64,000 nucleotides of DNA from assembly GCA_934277435.1 (NCBI GenBank), contig CAKQUE010000001.1:781-64780 (forward strand), written 5' to 3'. This document shows, in pieces, positions 28,123 to 38,378 of the stretch; position 1 is the stretch's first letter; every line of letters starts with the position of its first letter. The notes beneath the pieces were generated by a model, which did not search any database, was not told the DNA's origin, and saw only the letters and a list, made by a program, of their open reading frames with translations. The position numbers were made by a program, and so were the translations under genes. This DNA is from an uncultured Alphaproteobacteria bacterium (GTDB taxonomy: Bacteria; Pseudomonadota; Alphaproteobacteria; RF32; CAG-239).

Positions 28123-28869
28123 TTAATCTTTTAATTGCTTGGTTCCGTATGAAATAACTTTAAATCCGACCGGATTTTTTAATCTTTCTTTGTATTGAAC
28201 TCTTCTTGGTTGATATTGCACCTTCAAACTTGCGCGATAACGAATTGTCCGCGGTTTATATGAAGAAGGCAAATAATAATCAACACTGTATTCAACTTGC
28301 CATGTTCCTTCTTCAATTTCATTCACAGTCAGAATTTTAACCGAACTGGTCAAGCCGTCTTGTTTCATACGCTGCATGAGCTTACGACCAGTGTTTTTTA
28401 AAAAATCCTGATATACAATGGAAGAAGACATTTCTTGCAAATCGCCGCCGTTTTGCCAGCGGGCTTCCATTTCTTCAGTGTCTGCCAATAAAGTAGTACG
28501 CAGCAAAATATATTCACGAATAAATGTTTCAGTAATTGCTTTTTCAGAATCCATATTTCGAGTATACGGAATAATACGGTATACTTGCTCTTCTTTATTG
28601 CTCAAAGTCAATAAATATGGCTCAACACGGTATAAAGGAACAATGTTTGAAATCGTCAAAAGCAAAATCATATTACAGCAAAGGCTGATAGCCGTCACAA
28701 CGGCAAAGGCTCGAGCTGTCCACAAATATCTTTTTTCACTGGCATTTACCACCAAACTATTTTCATTGCGGTTAACTCGGCGCGCTCCGGTACGCATTCC
28801 GGTTCTGACCTGTGAACCTGAATTCAAGAGCTTTTGCTGTGTGCTATTTATACCTAATTGATCAGCCAT
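28123..28869 (-). CDS. virB8: VirB8/TrbF family protein (paralog 2)
   Basis: Bitopic (TM AFAVVTAISLCCNMILLLTI); NTF2-like periplasmic domain with C-terminal …RLKNPVGFKVISY. Confidence 0.75.
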   Translation of the reverse strand: MADQLGINSTQQKLLNSGSQVRTGMRTGARRVNRNENSLVVNASEKRYLWTARAFAVVTAISLCCNMILLLTISNIVPLYRVEPYLLTLSNKEEQVYRIIPYTRNMDSEKAITETFIREYILLRTTLLADTEEMEARWQNGGDLQEMSSSIVYQDFLKNTGRKLMQRMKQDGLTSSVKILTVNEIEEGTWQVEYSVDYYLPSSYKPRTIRYRASLKVQYQPRRVQYKERLKNPVGFKVISYGTKQLKD

Positions 28870-28888
28870 TGATTTTCCTTAAATATAA

Positions 28889-29080
28889 CTAAATTGTTTC
28901 CCAAAACCAACTAGGCACATTTTTAATAGTTTCTATCTGCATGCAGGCGCACGGAGAAAGCTTAAGCTCATTAATATCCTTACCTGGTCCGACCGCTTCC
29001 GGTTCATAATATGAACCAAAAAGGCTGCATGCCGACAAAATCAGCAATAATCCCATTATTAATAAAATTTTTTTCGACAT
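28889..29080 (-). CDS. Small lipoprotein, VirB7-like
   Basis: 63 aa; lipobox LILSAC; position between virB8 paralogs and upstream of virB9. Confidence 0.5.
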   Translation of the reverse strand: MSKKILLIMGLLLILSACSLFGSYYEPEAVGPGKDINELKLSPCACMQIETIKNVPSWFWETI

Positions 29081-29226
29081 TTATATCTCTTTCAATTTCA
29101 TTAGCATCAGTGTATAGAATCGACTATACTTAAGGATTTTCCGAATGTCCACCATTTTTATGGTTATATTCGGGTACTCCTTTGGGAACTATATTAAAAT
29201 AAAAAGATTAAAATTGATTAAACAAA

Positions 29227-29982
29227 TTATTCACGAATCTCATCTTGGTTATATTTCAAGACCACAAACCCCAAAGGATTTACCAATCTTGTAAACACAG
29301 CGCGGCGTTCGGGAATAAATCGCGGCGTAACAGAGGCTCTCATCTTGGTCTTGGTCAAAACCAGCGAGTTTCCGTTATTCTTTTGTGAAAGAGTATATAC
29401 AGTAAAATTCACAATCCACGCCGGACTACTGTCACTTACCTTATTTAAGCTATCAATACGTACCTCTTTGGAAAAACCTTTTTCAAACATCTTATCTGTA
29501 TCTTTGGCGTTTTTACCAACAAACTCTCTATAAACCTCAGGTGTTGATAAATATGCAACAATTCCGCCTTCACCCCAACGAGTCTTCATCTCTTGTTCAT
29601 CATTTATAACTGAATTACGTATGATAACATATTGTTTTACAAACAATTCTGTCATTTGTTTGATAGACGGCATCTTAGGCGTTATAGGTTCATAGCGCAC
29701 CATCGTTTCAGAATCATTTTGACTGATAATCAAAAGTGGCTCCACGATAATCTCCGGTGATAGTCGAAAAATAACCAGTGAAGCGCTCAAGAACACCCCT
29801 AAAGATAAAACTGCGCAAAAAATAACTAACCTTGACAGCCACCTAAAATAAACCTCTTTAGCTGAACTATTGTTTATTTTATCGTCGGTGACGTATTGCA
29901 GTTTAATATTATTCTGCCCATTTTGCTGCGCGTTAGCGTCTGCAAGCAATTTTTTTTCTATACCATTATCTAATTCTGACAT
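29227..29982 (-). CDS. virB8: VirB8/TrbF family protein (paralog 1)
   Basis: Bitopic; C-terminal …RLVNPLGFVVLKYNQ; paralogous to 28123-28869. Confidence 0.7.
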   Translation of the reverse strand: MSELDNGIEKKLLADANAQQNGQNNIKLQYVTDDKINNSSAKEVYFRWLSRLVIFCAVLSLGVFLSASLVIFRLSPEIIVEPLLIISQNDSETMVRYEPITPKMPSIKQMTELFVKQYVIIRNSVINDEQEMKTRWGEGGIVAYLSTPEVYREFVGKNAKDTDKMFEKGFSKEVRIDSLNKVSDSSPAWIVNFTVYTLSQKNNGNSLVLTKTKMRASVTPRFIPERRAVFTRLVNPLGFVVLKYNQDEIRE

Positions 29983-29998
29983 CTTTCGCCTTTATTTA

Positions 29999-32900
29999 TT
30001 ATGGATAAACCGCACAATATGGAGAATGCATTCTAGCCAATTGTTTATTCAAACTTTTTTGCCCTTCTTGGTCATATACATCTAAAACAGCCGCATCGGC
30101 TTCTGATGTTTTTATTTTTTCTTCCAGTTCAACTAAATCTTCGTCGGCAGAAATCTGAACTTTTTCATCACCGTCTTTTTCCAACACAGCAACACCATGT
30201 AAAAGTCGTTCTTTATTTGTATTCACTATTTCAGCGGTTCCCTTTATATTTCCAATCAGTTCTTTCAAGCGGCGTAAATTACCTGTTTTATGCTCTTCTA
30301 AAGTTTCCGAAGCTTTTTCATAGTCTGCGTCATTCATTAAATCAAAATCTTCGCTCAATGTATAGCCCAATTCTTCAAACATTTTACGCAAATTTTCTTT
30401 TATATCTTCAACCTGCAATTTTTGCTGAGCCACTACTTCAGCTAAAGCTTTTTCATTTTCCCTATTGTCCAGATAATCGCCAAACTGGTTAGCTCCAAAC
30501 ATTGCTCGATTGGCAATATAATAATCCATATTAAATTTAACTTCTCCACCTTTTGCTTTGTTCATATTTGCTGATTTTATCAAAGTTACAACAGCGGCAT
30601 TAAACGCAGGGTTAAATGTGAGTTTTTTAACTTTAAGCACACCTAAATTACCTAGAGAAATTGCATTTTCCTCCACTATTTGTACAATCTGTCCCAACTC
30701 ACTGGCTTCGGCCCAAGATTGTGGGTCGATGGTAGTTTTAGTGCTGAGTATCTGACTTTCAGCAGCCTCAACATCTGTTACGGCAGATTTGCCTTTGATT
30801 TTTTCGGCAGACAAATTCACACAATTCTTACTGTCTGGCAGAGGCTTTGCCAGCAGATATTCATTTTTCAAAGCAGCAACATATTTTCCATCTTCTATTT
30901 TGCATGGATATTGACCTGCTGACCAAAAAACATCGGTACTCTTGTCGCCGGTTAAAAACTCTTCCAGATTAAGCTCTTTTTCCACAAAAGGCCGCGGTTT
31001 CAAAACATTCTGCCAAATTTCCGGAATTTCAAGACCGCTTTCGCTAAAGCTTGGTCCGGCCAAAGTTATATCAGCCACATTTTCCGGAGTGCTATTAACA
31101 CCGCCTTTTTTGTACTTTAAAACAGCGTCGTAGTCATCAGTGTCAAAATGGAAGATTTCGCGCAAAGGAGCTGCTTGTAATGTAGAATTCTTTGGTGCTG
31201 TAAAATCTCTTTCTTTTTCAACAATGCCAACAAAATAATCACTATCGGCTTTTTCCTTATCTTCACTGGCGATTCTAGCAAAAACATCTTGCATTGCATC
31301 AGCAAAAAACAAACTTCCAGTCACACTGCCGGAAACGTCTATTTTCCGTAAATTTGCAAGCAACTCATTGTGTGTTTGCACAACACTTTTGTTGTCTGGC
31401 AAATATATTGAATCACCCATGCTTTTAATATTGTTATAAGCCTCATCTATTTTACTTTGCGCTTGTGTGCTGGCGGCAGTAACAATATTATGTATAGACG
31501 AAAGTATCGGCGTGTTTTCAAATATAAGTTTTATAGCCGCTTTATAAGCAGTCATTTTGCCCTCATAATCAGAAACGGCTTTATCAATGCTTTGCTTATA
31601 TTTATTTTGCGCTGCGCTATAATCTTTGATGTATTTTGCCTGCAACTCTTTGATTTGTTTATCAATATTTTCCAATTCTGCGCGGCTATTATCAATAGAT
31701 TTCTCTAAGCCACTAGTTTTAGCAGACAAAATTGTTCTTTGTTTTAGGGCTTCCGCACGTTTAACTTCACCATCTTTAATAGACGTTGAAAATGTTTTAC
31801 GCATTAAAGAAACTGAGGTACCGCGTTCAAGCTTACTGCCATAGTCAAGCGCATCTTCAGATTTTGGAGTAGAAACCTCTGTATCGCCTATTACATCGTT
31901 ATGAGCATTCAATTCATCTCTTGTATCACTTAGTGTGACACTGTCAGCATCCATCTTTGCATAAACAGATGTTTTATGGTTTTGCAAAGATTTTAAACTT
32001 GCTCTATATGTATTAGTAAGTTTATCCAAGCTTTTTTGTTCTTCTTCCAACAATTTATCAATTTCTTCAGTTGTCGGGCCTGCTTTTATGAGAGAACTTA
32101 ATTTATTTATGCTATTTTTGTTCTCTTGTCTTTGCTGAGCGGCAGTTTTGATTATCTTGCCTTTACCATCAGTAATATCCTTATATTGTTTCTTATCGTT
32201 AAACGAAGTAACATTAGATAACAGAAGTGAAAGTAGGTGCGTTTCATCAACATAGTTTTTCATATTTTCATATTTACCAGAAAGATACGCGTCATAAAAA
32301 TGTTTTTGGTCATTCCAAACATCACGCTTGCCGGTCATTGCGCCAAAATCCGATTTACCATTAATAGCGTCACTATTAATTTTGGCTGAAACTTCAGCAC
32401 CAATAGTCCAATTAACCAACGCGTTTTTTCTGGATTCCGCATACATGTCGTCTTCTGTTGAAGGCTTTTTATAAGTTTTAACATTTTTACCTTTGGAATC
32501 TTTTTGAGAAGCAGCTTCTTCATTTTTATTTATATCATCTACTGAGGCTGCTTGGGTTACACTTTGATCAATTTCTTCCGAAATATAAATAGAATCTTCC
32601 TGATTTCCATCTTGGTCTTTAGATGTTGTTGCTTCATACACATCTTCTTGTTCATTACTTTCTTCAGTCTGAAACTCTTCATACAGTTTCATCAGCCAAG
32701 CCTGTATTCCTTTGTCCGATGATGTTTTATACAAAGTACCGTTTTTAGTTTCTGCGGTTTTGATAGCTGTGGCTTTAACAAATTTTTTCCCGTTCCAAGC
32801 TTCTGAACTATCCTTATAATATCTAGACAAATATCCCATAACACAGCTTTCAGATTCATTTAGATATTGTTTAGCTCGATTATGATGCTTCATCATTTCA

Positions 32901-33967
32901 TGATATGTTTTGAACACTTCTTTATATTTAGGCAATAATTGTTTATAGTTATGAGCAATCACTGCCTGATTCAAATTATCATTTGCATCAGAAATTATTT
33001 CCAAGCTTTCAAATTCAGTCTCTTTTCCTTCTACTGGAGATTGCAAACCGGCGCCTGACAAATCATCAAACAAACTGTCATCTGTAGAAGCCGAAGCAAT
33101 GGTCGTTACTTCATGATATGAGGCAACATTAGTTTTGCTATTCAAATATATTTCAGCCGAACTTCTTTTTTGTTTTCCAGATGCGTTTTCAGCATCATAC
33201 TCCAAAACTTGCGCATTGCCATTTATATTTTTAATTGCATCATATTGAGCATTCATAGCATTTAGAAACAATGTATAGCGCATAATTTTATCATATATTC
33301 TAACTGCGGTTAAAGCGTTACGCCATAAACAAACCTTATCTTCTTTGCCTTCTTTCTGACAATTATATTCTTCCAACCCTTCTTCAGAACAATCTTGACC
33401 GGCAACCAAACATTTTTCGATATTATCCAGCTGTGCCAACATAGTACGCAGTTCTTTATTCATCTCTCGAGCGGTGATATACATCTCCATCGTACTATCC
33501 ATTTTTAACTGGCGCGCATTATCATCATAACGACTTTTTACACCACCATTTTTAGATGGATATTGCAAAAACAATTTGATAAAGGCTTCTTGCACCTTCC
33601 CTTCATCTTCTATTTTATCGGCCGTAGTTTTTAGACTGTCTTCAATTGTTCGCGAATAAGAAACAACTTTTTTACGCTTACTAAGACTTTGACGCAAAGA
33701 GTTAAATTTACTTTTTCCTAAATCAACAGCATATCCTTTTGCCGACTGAGTAACCATGGTCACCAAATTAGTACCATTAAAATTTTGCCGTACCTGCTCA
33801 ACTTGGGCAATTGTGGTGGTTAACGTACTGATTGTGGCTGGAGTACATTGAAAGCACAGCTGAGGAGCCATCGGCAGCAATGGAGTATAATCTGGCCAGA
33901 CCGCAAAAGCAGGGCGATTGACTAATAAGCTGCTAAAAAAAGCTAAAATATAAATAATTTTTTTCAT
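29999..33967 (-). CDS. Giant (~1320 aa) secreted coiled-coil-rich protein of unknown function in the VirB5/VirB6 slot
   Basis: Start placed at MKKIIYILAFFSSLLVNRPAFA (signal peptide) rather than the ORF-track start at 34117; no TM helices; long Lys/Glu-rich coiled-coil segments. Confidence 0.5.
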   Translation of the reverse strand: MKKIIYILAFFSSLLVNRPAFAVWPDYTPLLPMAPQLCFQCTPATISTLTTTIAQVEQVRQNFNGTNLVTMVTQSAKGYAVDLGKSKFNSLRQSLSKRKKVVSYSRTIEDSLKTTADKIEDEGKVQEAFIKLFLQYPSKNGGVKSRYDDNARQLKMDSTMEMYITAREMNKELRTMLAQLDNIEKCLVAGQDCSEEGLEEYNCQKEGKEDKVCLWRNALTAVRIYDKIMRYTLFLNAMNAQYDAIKNINGNAQVLEYDAENASGKQKRSSAEIYLNSKTNVASYHEVTTIASASTDDSLFDDLSGAGLQSPVEGKETEFESLEIISDANDNLNQAVIAHNYKQLLPKYKEVFKTYHEMMKHHNRAKQYLNESESCVMGYLSRYYKDSSEAWNGKKFVKATAIKTAETKNGTLYKTSSDKGIQAWLMKLYEEFQTEESNEQEDVYEATTSKDQDGNQEDSIYISEEIDQSVTQAASVDDINKNEEAASQKDSKGKNVKTYKKPSTEDDMYAESRKNALVNWTIGAEVSAKINSDAINGKSDFGAMTGKRDVWNDQKHFYDAYLSGKYENMKNYVDETHLLSLLLSNVTSFNDKKQYKDITDGKGKIIKTAAQQRQENKNSINKLSSLIKAGPTTEEIDKLLEEEQKSLDKLTNTYRASLKSLQNHKTSVYAKMDADSVTLSDTRDELNAHNDVIGDTEVSTPKSEDALDYGSKLERGTSVSLMRKTFSTSIKDGEVKRAEALKQRTILSAKTSGLEKSIDNSRAELENIDKQIKELQAKYIKDYSAAQNKYKQSIDKAVSDYEGKMTAYKAAIKLIFENTPILSSIHNIVTAASTQAQSKIDEAYNNIKSMGDSIYLPDNKSVVQTHNELLANLRKIDVSGSVTGSLFFADAMQDVFARIASEDKEKADSDYFVGIVEKERDFTAPKNSTLQAAPLREIFHFDTDDYDAVLKYKKGGVNSTPENVADITLAGPSFSESGLEIPEIWQNVLKPRPFVEKELNLEEFLTGDKSTDVFWSAGQYPCKIEDGKYVAALKNEYLLAKPLPDSKNCVNLSAEKIKGKSAVTDVEAAESQILSTKTTIDPQSWAEASELGQIVQIVEENAISLGNLGVLKVKKLTFNPAFNAAVVTLIKSANMNKAKGGEVKFNMDYYIANRAMFGANQFGDYLDNRENEKALAEVVAQQKLQVEDIKENLRKMFEELGYTLSEDFDLMNDADYEKASETLEEHKTGNLRRLKELIGNIKGTAEIVNTNKERLLHGVAVLEKDGDEKVQISADEDLVELEEKIKTSEADAAVLDVYDQEGQKSLNKQLARMHSPYCAVYP

Positions 33968-33983
33968 AGTCCGCTCCTTTACT

Positions 33984-35219
33984 TTAAAAACCCTGCCAAC
34001 CGCTGATAGAGTCTTGTAATTTGTCGTTAACTGTATCTCGCAAACTCTTCTTTTTGTAGATATACTCGTCCAAATTAAACTTAGTGACATCTTGTTTGGT
34101 ATTTTTGAATTTATCATTCCAGCTATTAATCTCGACCATGCTGGTAAATCTCATTTCTGCCAACAATAATTCCAAGTAACGAGCTGCCAATTTGGCATTT
34201 TGCACGTCTGCCCCTATTTTTGCCGCCATACCACCAAGCTGACCATCAACTTTGGTGGTTTGCTCCAAATAAGCCTCAGATTTCTTTTCAAACTCTTCAC
34301 CTTTTACGGCGCCCACAACAAGAACCCTCATTAAATTTTGCAAAGCTTTATAGTATTCTTGTTGACGTTTTGTCCTAACTCGGGCAATACTTTTGGAGCC
34401 GATATATTCATATTTGCCAACAAAAAATTCCGCTATATCTGCGCCATACATATCTTCAAGCTGTTGTTGTTCTTCTTGAGCCTCAATGTCTTCTTCGTCT
34501 TTTTTGCCTGAAAACAGCGAATCTGTAACTTTATCCAGATATTTTTCCGTATTCTTACCAGCAATTGTTTGTTCCAAATCAGATACCTCCTTAGCCGCTG
34601 CCGTGGCATTTTTTTGCAGCTGTTCTGCTTTTTTATCTCGCAGAGCTGTTTGATTTTTCAAATCTTCCCTTTCAGCTTTCAACTCAGCAATTCTCTTCGC
34701 CAATTCTTCAAGTTCTTTCGCATCGCCTTTATCAGCTTTTAACCTTGCCTCCAAAATCATTAATTCTTCATCAATATTTTTTTCTTTTGCGGCGCGTTCT
34801 GTAGCCAAAGCTTTTTTATAATCGTCAAGCATAGATTGCGCCATTGCTGCCGCTAATTGCGTATTGGCAAAATTTCGGGTTGCATTGCTAAAAGAGCTGC
34901 CCAAATCAACTTTTTCACCAGAAACAGCTTGGTTTTTCACATTATCGGAAAAATCAACAACCATACCTTCCATTTGTTTTTGTAAAATATTAAACAGAAT
35001 TCCGCCTTCTGCTCCACCGGCTTTTATAGCTTTGTCGTGTAAATGTTTCAAGGAATTGCTATATCGATTTTCCCATTTTTCTTGTTCTTTTTGAACAGAC
35101 TTACCAAAATTTTCAGCTTGGGTAAAAAAGTCCAATTTAGAAATAGCATAAGCATTTGAACAAGTCAGAAAACAACTTGCTAAAACCAGAGTAAGGATTT
35201 TTAATGACATATTCTTCAT
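33984..35219 (-). CDS. Secreted coiled-coil protein (411 aa), possible VirB5-like minor pilus component
   Basis: Signal peptide MKNMSLKILTLVLASCFLTCSNAYA; strongly helical K/E/A-rich. Confidence 0.4.
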   Translation of the reverse strand: MKNMSLKILTLVLASCFLTCSNAYAISKLDFFTQAENFGKSVQKEQEKWENRYSNSLKHLHDKAIKAGGAEGGILFNILQKQMEGMVVDFSDNVKNQAVSGEKVDLGSSFSNATRNFANTQLAAAMAQSMLDDYKKALATERAAKEKNIDEELMILEARLKADKGDAKELEELAKRIAELKAEREDLKNQTALRDKKAEQLQKNATAAAKEVSDLEQTIAGKNTEKYLDKVTDSLFSGKKDEEDIEAQEEQQQLEDMYGADIAEFFVGKYEYIGSKSIARVRTKRQQEYYKALQNLMRVLVVGAVKGEEFEKKSEAYLEQTTKVDGQLGGMAAKIGADVQNAKLAARYLELLLAEMRFTSMVEINSWNDKFKNTKQDVTKFNLDEYIYKKKSLRDTVNDKLQDSISGWQGF

Positions 35220-35233
35220 GGTGTTTCCTTTCT

Positions 35234-36934
35234 CTAATTATTTCCACTGTTCGGCCAAGTAGAAGTTTTTGAAGATGCCCCTGAGGAATTATTTCCCCAG
35301 AGTGAGAAATTCCAATTTGGTGAACTTTTGGTGTTTTTCTCATCACCTTTTGGCGCAAATGGAGGGGTAACTTGCGAATCGTCTGTTTCCTCTTGACTTG
35401 TATCACTTTCTTTGTTGGCTGGTTTTGGCTGATTTTCATGTGTCAACGGATATTCAAAATCAGAACCATCTTTTGTATCAGAGCCAGTATCAGTATCTGT
35501 ATCGGCAGAGCCTTCTGTTTTTTCATTATCTTTATTTTTATCTTCTGTTTTTACCGTGTTTTTCACATCATTATAGGCGTTCTCAGCCCCTTTCGCTGCT
35601 GCCTTCCAGTCTCCTTTGCCAACATTATAAATAATACTGTCTGAAGAGTTTGCACCTTTTTGCACACCGGACATTATATTTTTCGTTTTGTCATCCATAT
35701 AGCTTCCGCCAACACTGGTCGCTCCAGATGCCAAATTGCCGATTGCAGCGCCATAATTGCCACTTTGTACATTATTCGCAGCATTTTTACCCGCATTATA
35801 GGTCGAACCAGCGTTACCAATATAATCACCGGCCTTATCTAAGCCATAATCTCCGGCAATATCACCGGCTTCACCCAAAGCCCCGCCGTAATCACCGCTT
35901 TTAACGTCATTTATGGTTCTTTTACCTTTATCATAAGTACTGCCGGCTTTACCAATATAATCACCGGCCTTATCCAAGCCATAATCTCCGGCAATATCAC
36001 CGGCTTCACCCAAGGCACCGCCGTAGTCACCATTTTTAACCTTGCCATAGATATCCTTGCCTTTATTAAACATTTCTTTACCTTTATTTGGGTCTATCAG
36101 CAAGTCTGCACCGTTTCCGTTTTGTAAACCATTAGCCAGATTCAAAGAACTTGCTTGTTCTTTTTTAGCGGCTTCCTCTGCAGCTTGCTCGTCTTTATCC
36201 GCTCTACTAATAGACACGCCCAAATATTCAATAGATGCTTTTTGACCGTAGTAATTAGCGGTAAAGTCCAAAATAGAGCGCCAACGGGCGTTAGCTCGGT
36301 CAACGGTTTGAGTATACGACTTAGTTAAAATCGGTATAAGTCCCTCACATCTTCCGCTATCACTTTCGCTTCCGCCTTCTGTGCTGCCGCTGCACTCTTC
36401 AATTAGTTCTTTCAGCTGCTTTTCTTCTTCATCAAGTTGTTCGGTTTCATTGATGATGGAGCGACGGGTTACTAAAGCCTTTGCATATAGTATTGACACA
36501 TTCTGCACTTGCAATTTGTTTAACTTTTCGCGGCGTTCTCTGGCTTTTTGAGCATCATTATTGACTTGATTATTTCGAGACATCTCATTATTGACGGCAT
36601 TAGCTAATTCTGGAGTAGCAAAACTTCCTTTAACTTTTCCGGAAATTCCTTTTAAGACTTTAGAACGGATTATCATTTGCGGAGCATATTTAACAGCCGA
36701 ACCGATTGCCAATTTTTGACCAGCCTTTTTCAAACTCTTTAGTTTATTAGGACTGTTGGTCAATTGCTGCATATCAAGCTCTTTACCCGTATAATTCTTG
36801 ATAATGGTGTTTATTTGCTCCTGATAAGTAGTCAGTTGATCTTGAATAAAAGTGGTCGGATCAAAGTCTGCAAAAGAAGCATAAGGAAACAGAGCTATAA
36901 TAGCACTGCAAACTACAGTTATTTTTATTCTCAT
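35234..36934 (-). CDS. Secreted protein (566 aa) with internal 45-aa tandem repeat (GDYGGALGEAGDIAGDYGLDKAGDYIG…) and S/T/D/N-rich tail
   Basis: Signal peptide; repeated block seen at protein and DNA level. Confidence 0.45.
   Translation of the reverse strand: MRIKITVVCSAIIALFPYASFADFDPTTFIQDQLTTYQEQINTIIKNYTGKELDMQQLTNSPNKLKSLKKAGQKLAIGSAVKYAPQMIIRSKVLKGISGKVKGSFATPELANAVNNEMSRNNQVNNDAQKARERREKLNKLQVQNVSILYAKALVTRRSIINETEQLDEEEKQLKELIEECSGSTEGGSESDSGRCEGLIPILTKSYTQTVDRANARWRSILDFTANYYGQKASIEYLGVSISRADKDEQAAEEAAKKEQASSLNLANGLQNGNGADLLIDPNKGKEMFNKGKDIYGKVKNGDYGGALGEAGDIAGDYGLDKAGDYIGKAGSTYDKGKRTINDVKSGDYGGALGEAGDIAGDYGLDKAGDYIGNAGSTYNAGKNAANNVQSGNYGAAIGNLASGATSVGGSYMDDKTKNIMSGVQKGANSSDSIIYNVGKGDWKAAAKGAENAYNDVKNTVKTEDKNKDNEKTEGSADTDTDTGSDTKDGSDFEYPLTHENQPKPANKESDTSQEETDDSQVTPPFAPKGDEKNTKSSPNWNFSLWGNNSSGASSKTSTWPNSGNN
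35816..36030. repeat. Intragenic tandem repeat, 135-bp period, two copies with ~80-bp near-identical cores
   Basis: accaatataatcaccggccttatc[t/c]aagccataatctccggcaatatcaccggcttcacccaa… occurs at 35816 and 35951. Confidence 0.7.
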
Positions 36935-36973
36935 TTTCCTTCTCCTCGTCTTAGACTTTTAAGTCACAATTAC

Positions 36974-38356
36974 TTAATTGTTTGCTTTCTTCTTTTGACC
37001 TGTGATTACCACCTCATCCATACACCCAGTGCATTTTCCTTCTTTGCAGGCAAAAGTTTTACTTCCATCTTTGTATTTGCCGTCTGGACAAGCAACTTGC
37101 TTTGAGCCATCGGAACATACCGCGCCACTTGTTGATGCACTAAGCAGCTTATAACCACTTACCTCTTTTAGATTATCATCATAACAAGCAAGTTCCTCTT
37201 CTTCTGCACCATTAGGATCTTCATCGGCATCTAAATCCAAATTAGGTTCGCTGTCATCTTGTGGATTATCCGGTGTAACAACGATTTCTTCTACACAAGA
37301 TGTACATGTTCCGCCTTTGCACGCAATAAACGTTCTCTCGCCACTTTGATAAATACCGTCCTGACATGCTGATTCTTGATTGCCATCGGAGCATACAACA
37401 TTTCCAGACGCAGAATTTTTTGGAGTTATACCGCTAATCTTTTTTAAGCTTTCATCTGAACATAATTCTTCTGAACTTTGGCTATCTGATGTTTCGTCGT
37501 CAGTAATTGTTGATGAGGTATTGATTTCTGATGAAGATATTGTTTTATCCCCGCTTGCTGCATTGCCAGCAACCGTTGTACCAGCTGTTCCCTCTTCTGC
37601 AGTTCCTTCATCATCATTTCCGGCAGCCAAAGCCGATAACTCAATATCCTTAATACCAGATATAGCTTCATATTTTAATCTTTCAGCATAAAGGTCACGC
37701 ATTGTATTCATAACATCAGTTGAAATACTTATGGTATTGGCAATACCGACATTATCTTCGTGCTCGGTTTTGGTTTGACTGACTGCTTTTCCGGTAGAGT
37801 TTTGAATTTCTTCATAATTAGCAATGGCCGCACCTTTGGCAACCGCTTGCGACATCATAGCTTTTAGCTCTTCCGCCCGAATTTCATCCCAGTCATTTAA
37901 TCCCTCTTGGCGAATTAATGAATCTTTATTTTTTATTTTTTTTACCATCTTATTAATGCAATCATAAAGCTTTTCCGTATCTTTAACCATATCAATAGCG
38001 TTAGTTTTGCAAAAAATAGCCATAGTGTTAGGAATAACCTGACGTCCATTGACCAAACCGCTATAATTAACATCTATCTTTTCTTTTTTGGGTTTATTCC
38101 CATTGCCGGTGCCACCGGTAGCGGAACTAGATGCAGAAGTAGATGATGTTGACGAAGGAGTTGACGTCACCGGCTTAGGTTCAGAGCTAGATTCTGTTGT
38201 TGTAGTTGTAATTGTTGCCAAATCAGTTGTAGTGGTTTCTGTCGTGGTAGAAGTTCCGTTTTCAGTAGTGCTATCTGCGGCTTTAGCGTATTCAGCCATT
38301 CCGATAAGCAAAGAAGCAACGGTGGCAATTTTTAGAAATTTATTAAATGTTATCAT
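36974..38356 (-). CDS. Secreted Thr/Ser-rich protein with two C-terminal Cys-rich ~45-aa modules
   Basis: Signal peptide; poly-T/S linker; duplicated module C-SDG…AC-DG-Y–G–TF-CK-G-CT-C—E-VVT. Confidence 0.45.
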   Translation of the reverse strand: MITFNKFLKIATVASLLIGMAEYAKAADSTTENGTSTTTETTTTDLATITTTTTESSSEPKPVTSTPSSTSSTSASSSATGGTGNGNKPKKEKIDVNYSGLVNGRQVIPNTMAIFCKTNAIDMVKDTEKLYDCINKMVKKIKNKDSLIRQEGLNDWDEIRAEELKAMMSQAVAKGAAIANYEEIQNSTGKAVSQTKTEHEDNVGIANTISISTDVMNTMRDLYAERLKYEAISGIKDIELSALAAGNDDEGTAEEGTAGTTVAGNAASGDKTISSSEINTSSTITDDETSDSQSSEELCSDESLKKISGITPKNSASGNVVCSDGNQESACQDGIYQSGERTFIACKGGTCTSCVEEIVVTPDNPQDDSEPNLDLDADEDPNGAEEEELACYDDNLKEVSGYKLLSASTSGAVCSDGSKQVACPDGKYKDGSKTFACKEGKCTGCMDEVVITGQKKKANN

Positions 38357-38378
38357 CTTTTTGCTCCTTCACTATTTT

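Noticed and set aside
29999-34117. ORF-track version of the giant secreted protein with 50 extra N-terminal residues overlapping the upstream gene
   Set aside because: An internal Met followed by a textbook signal peptide (MKKIIYILAFFSSLLVNRPAFA) gives a non-overlapping gene start at 33967.
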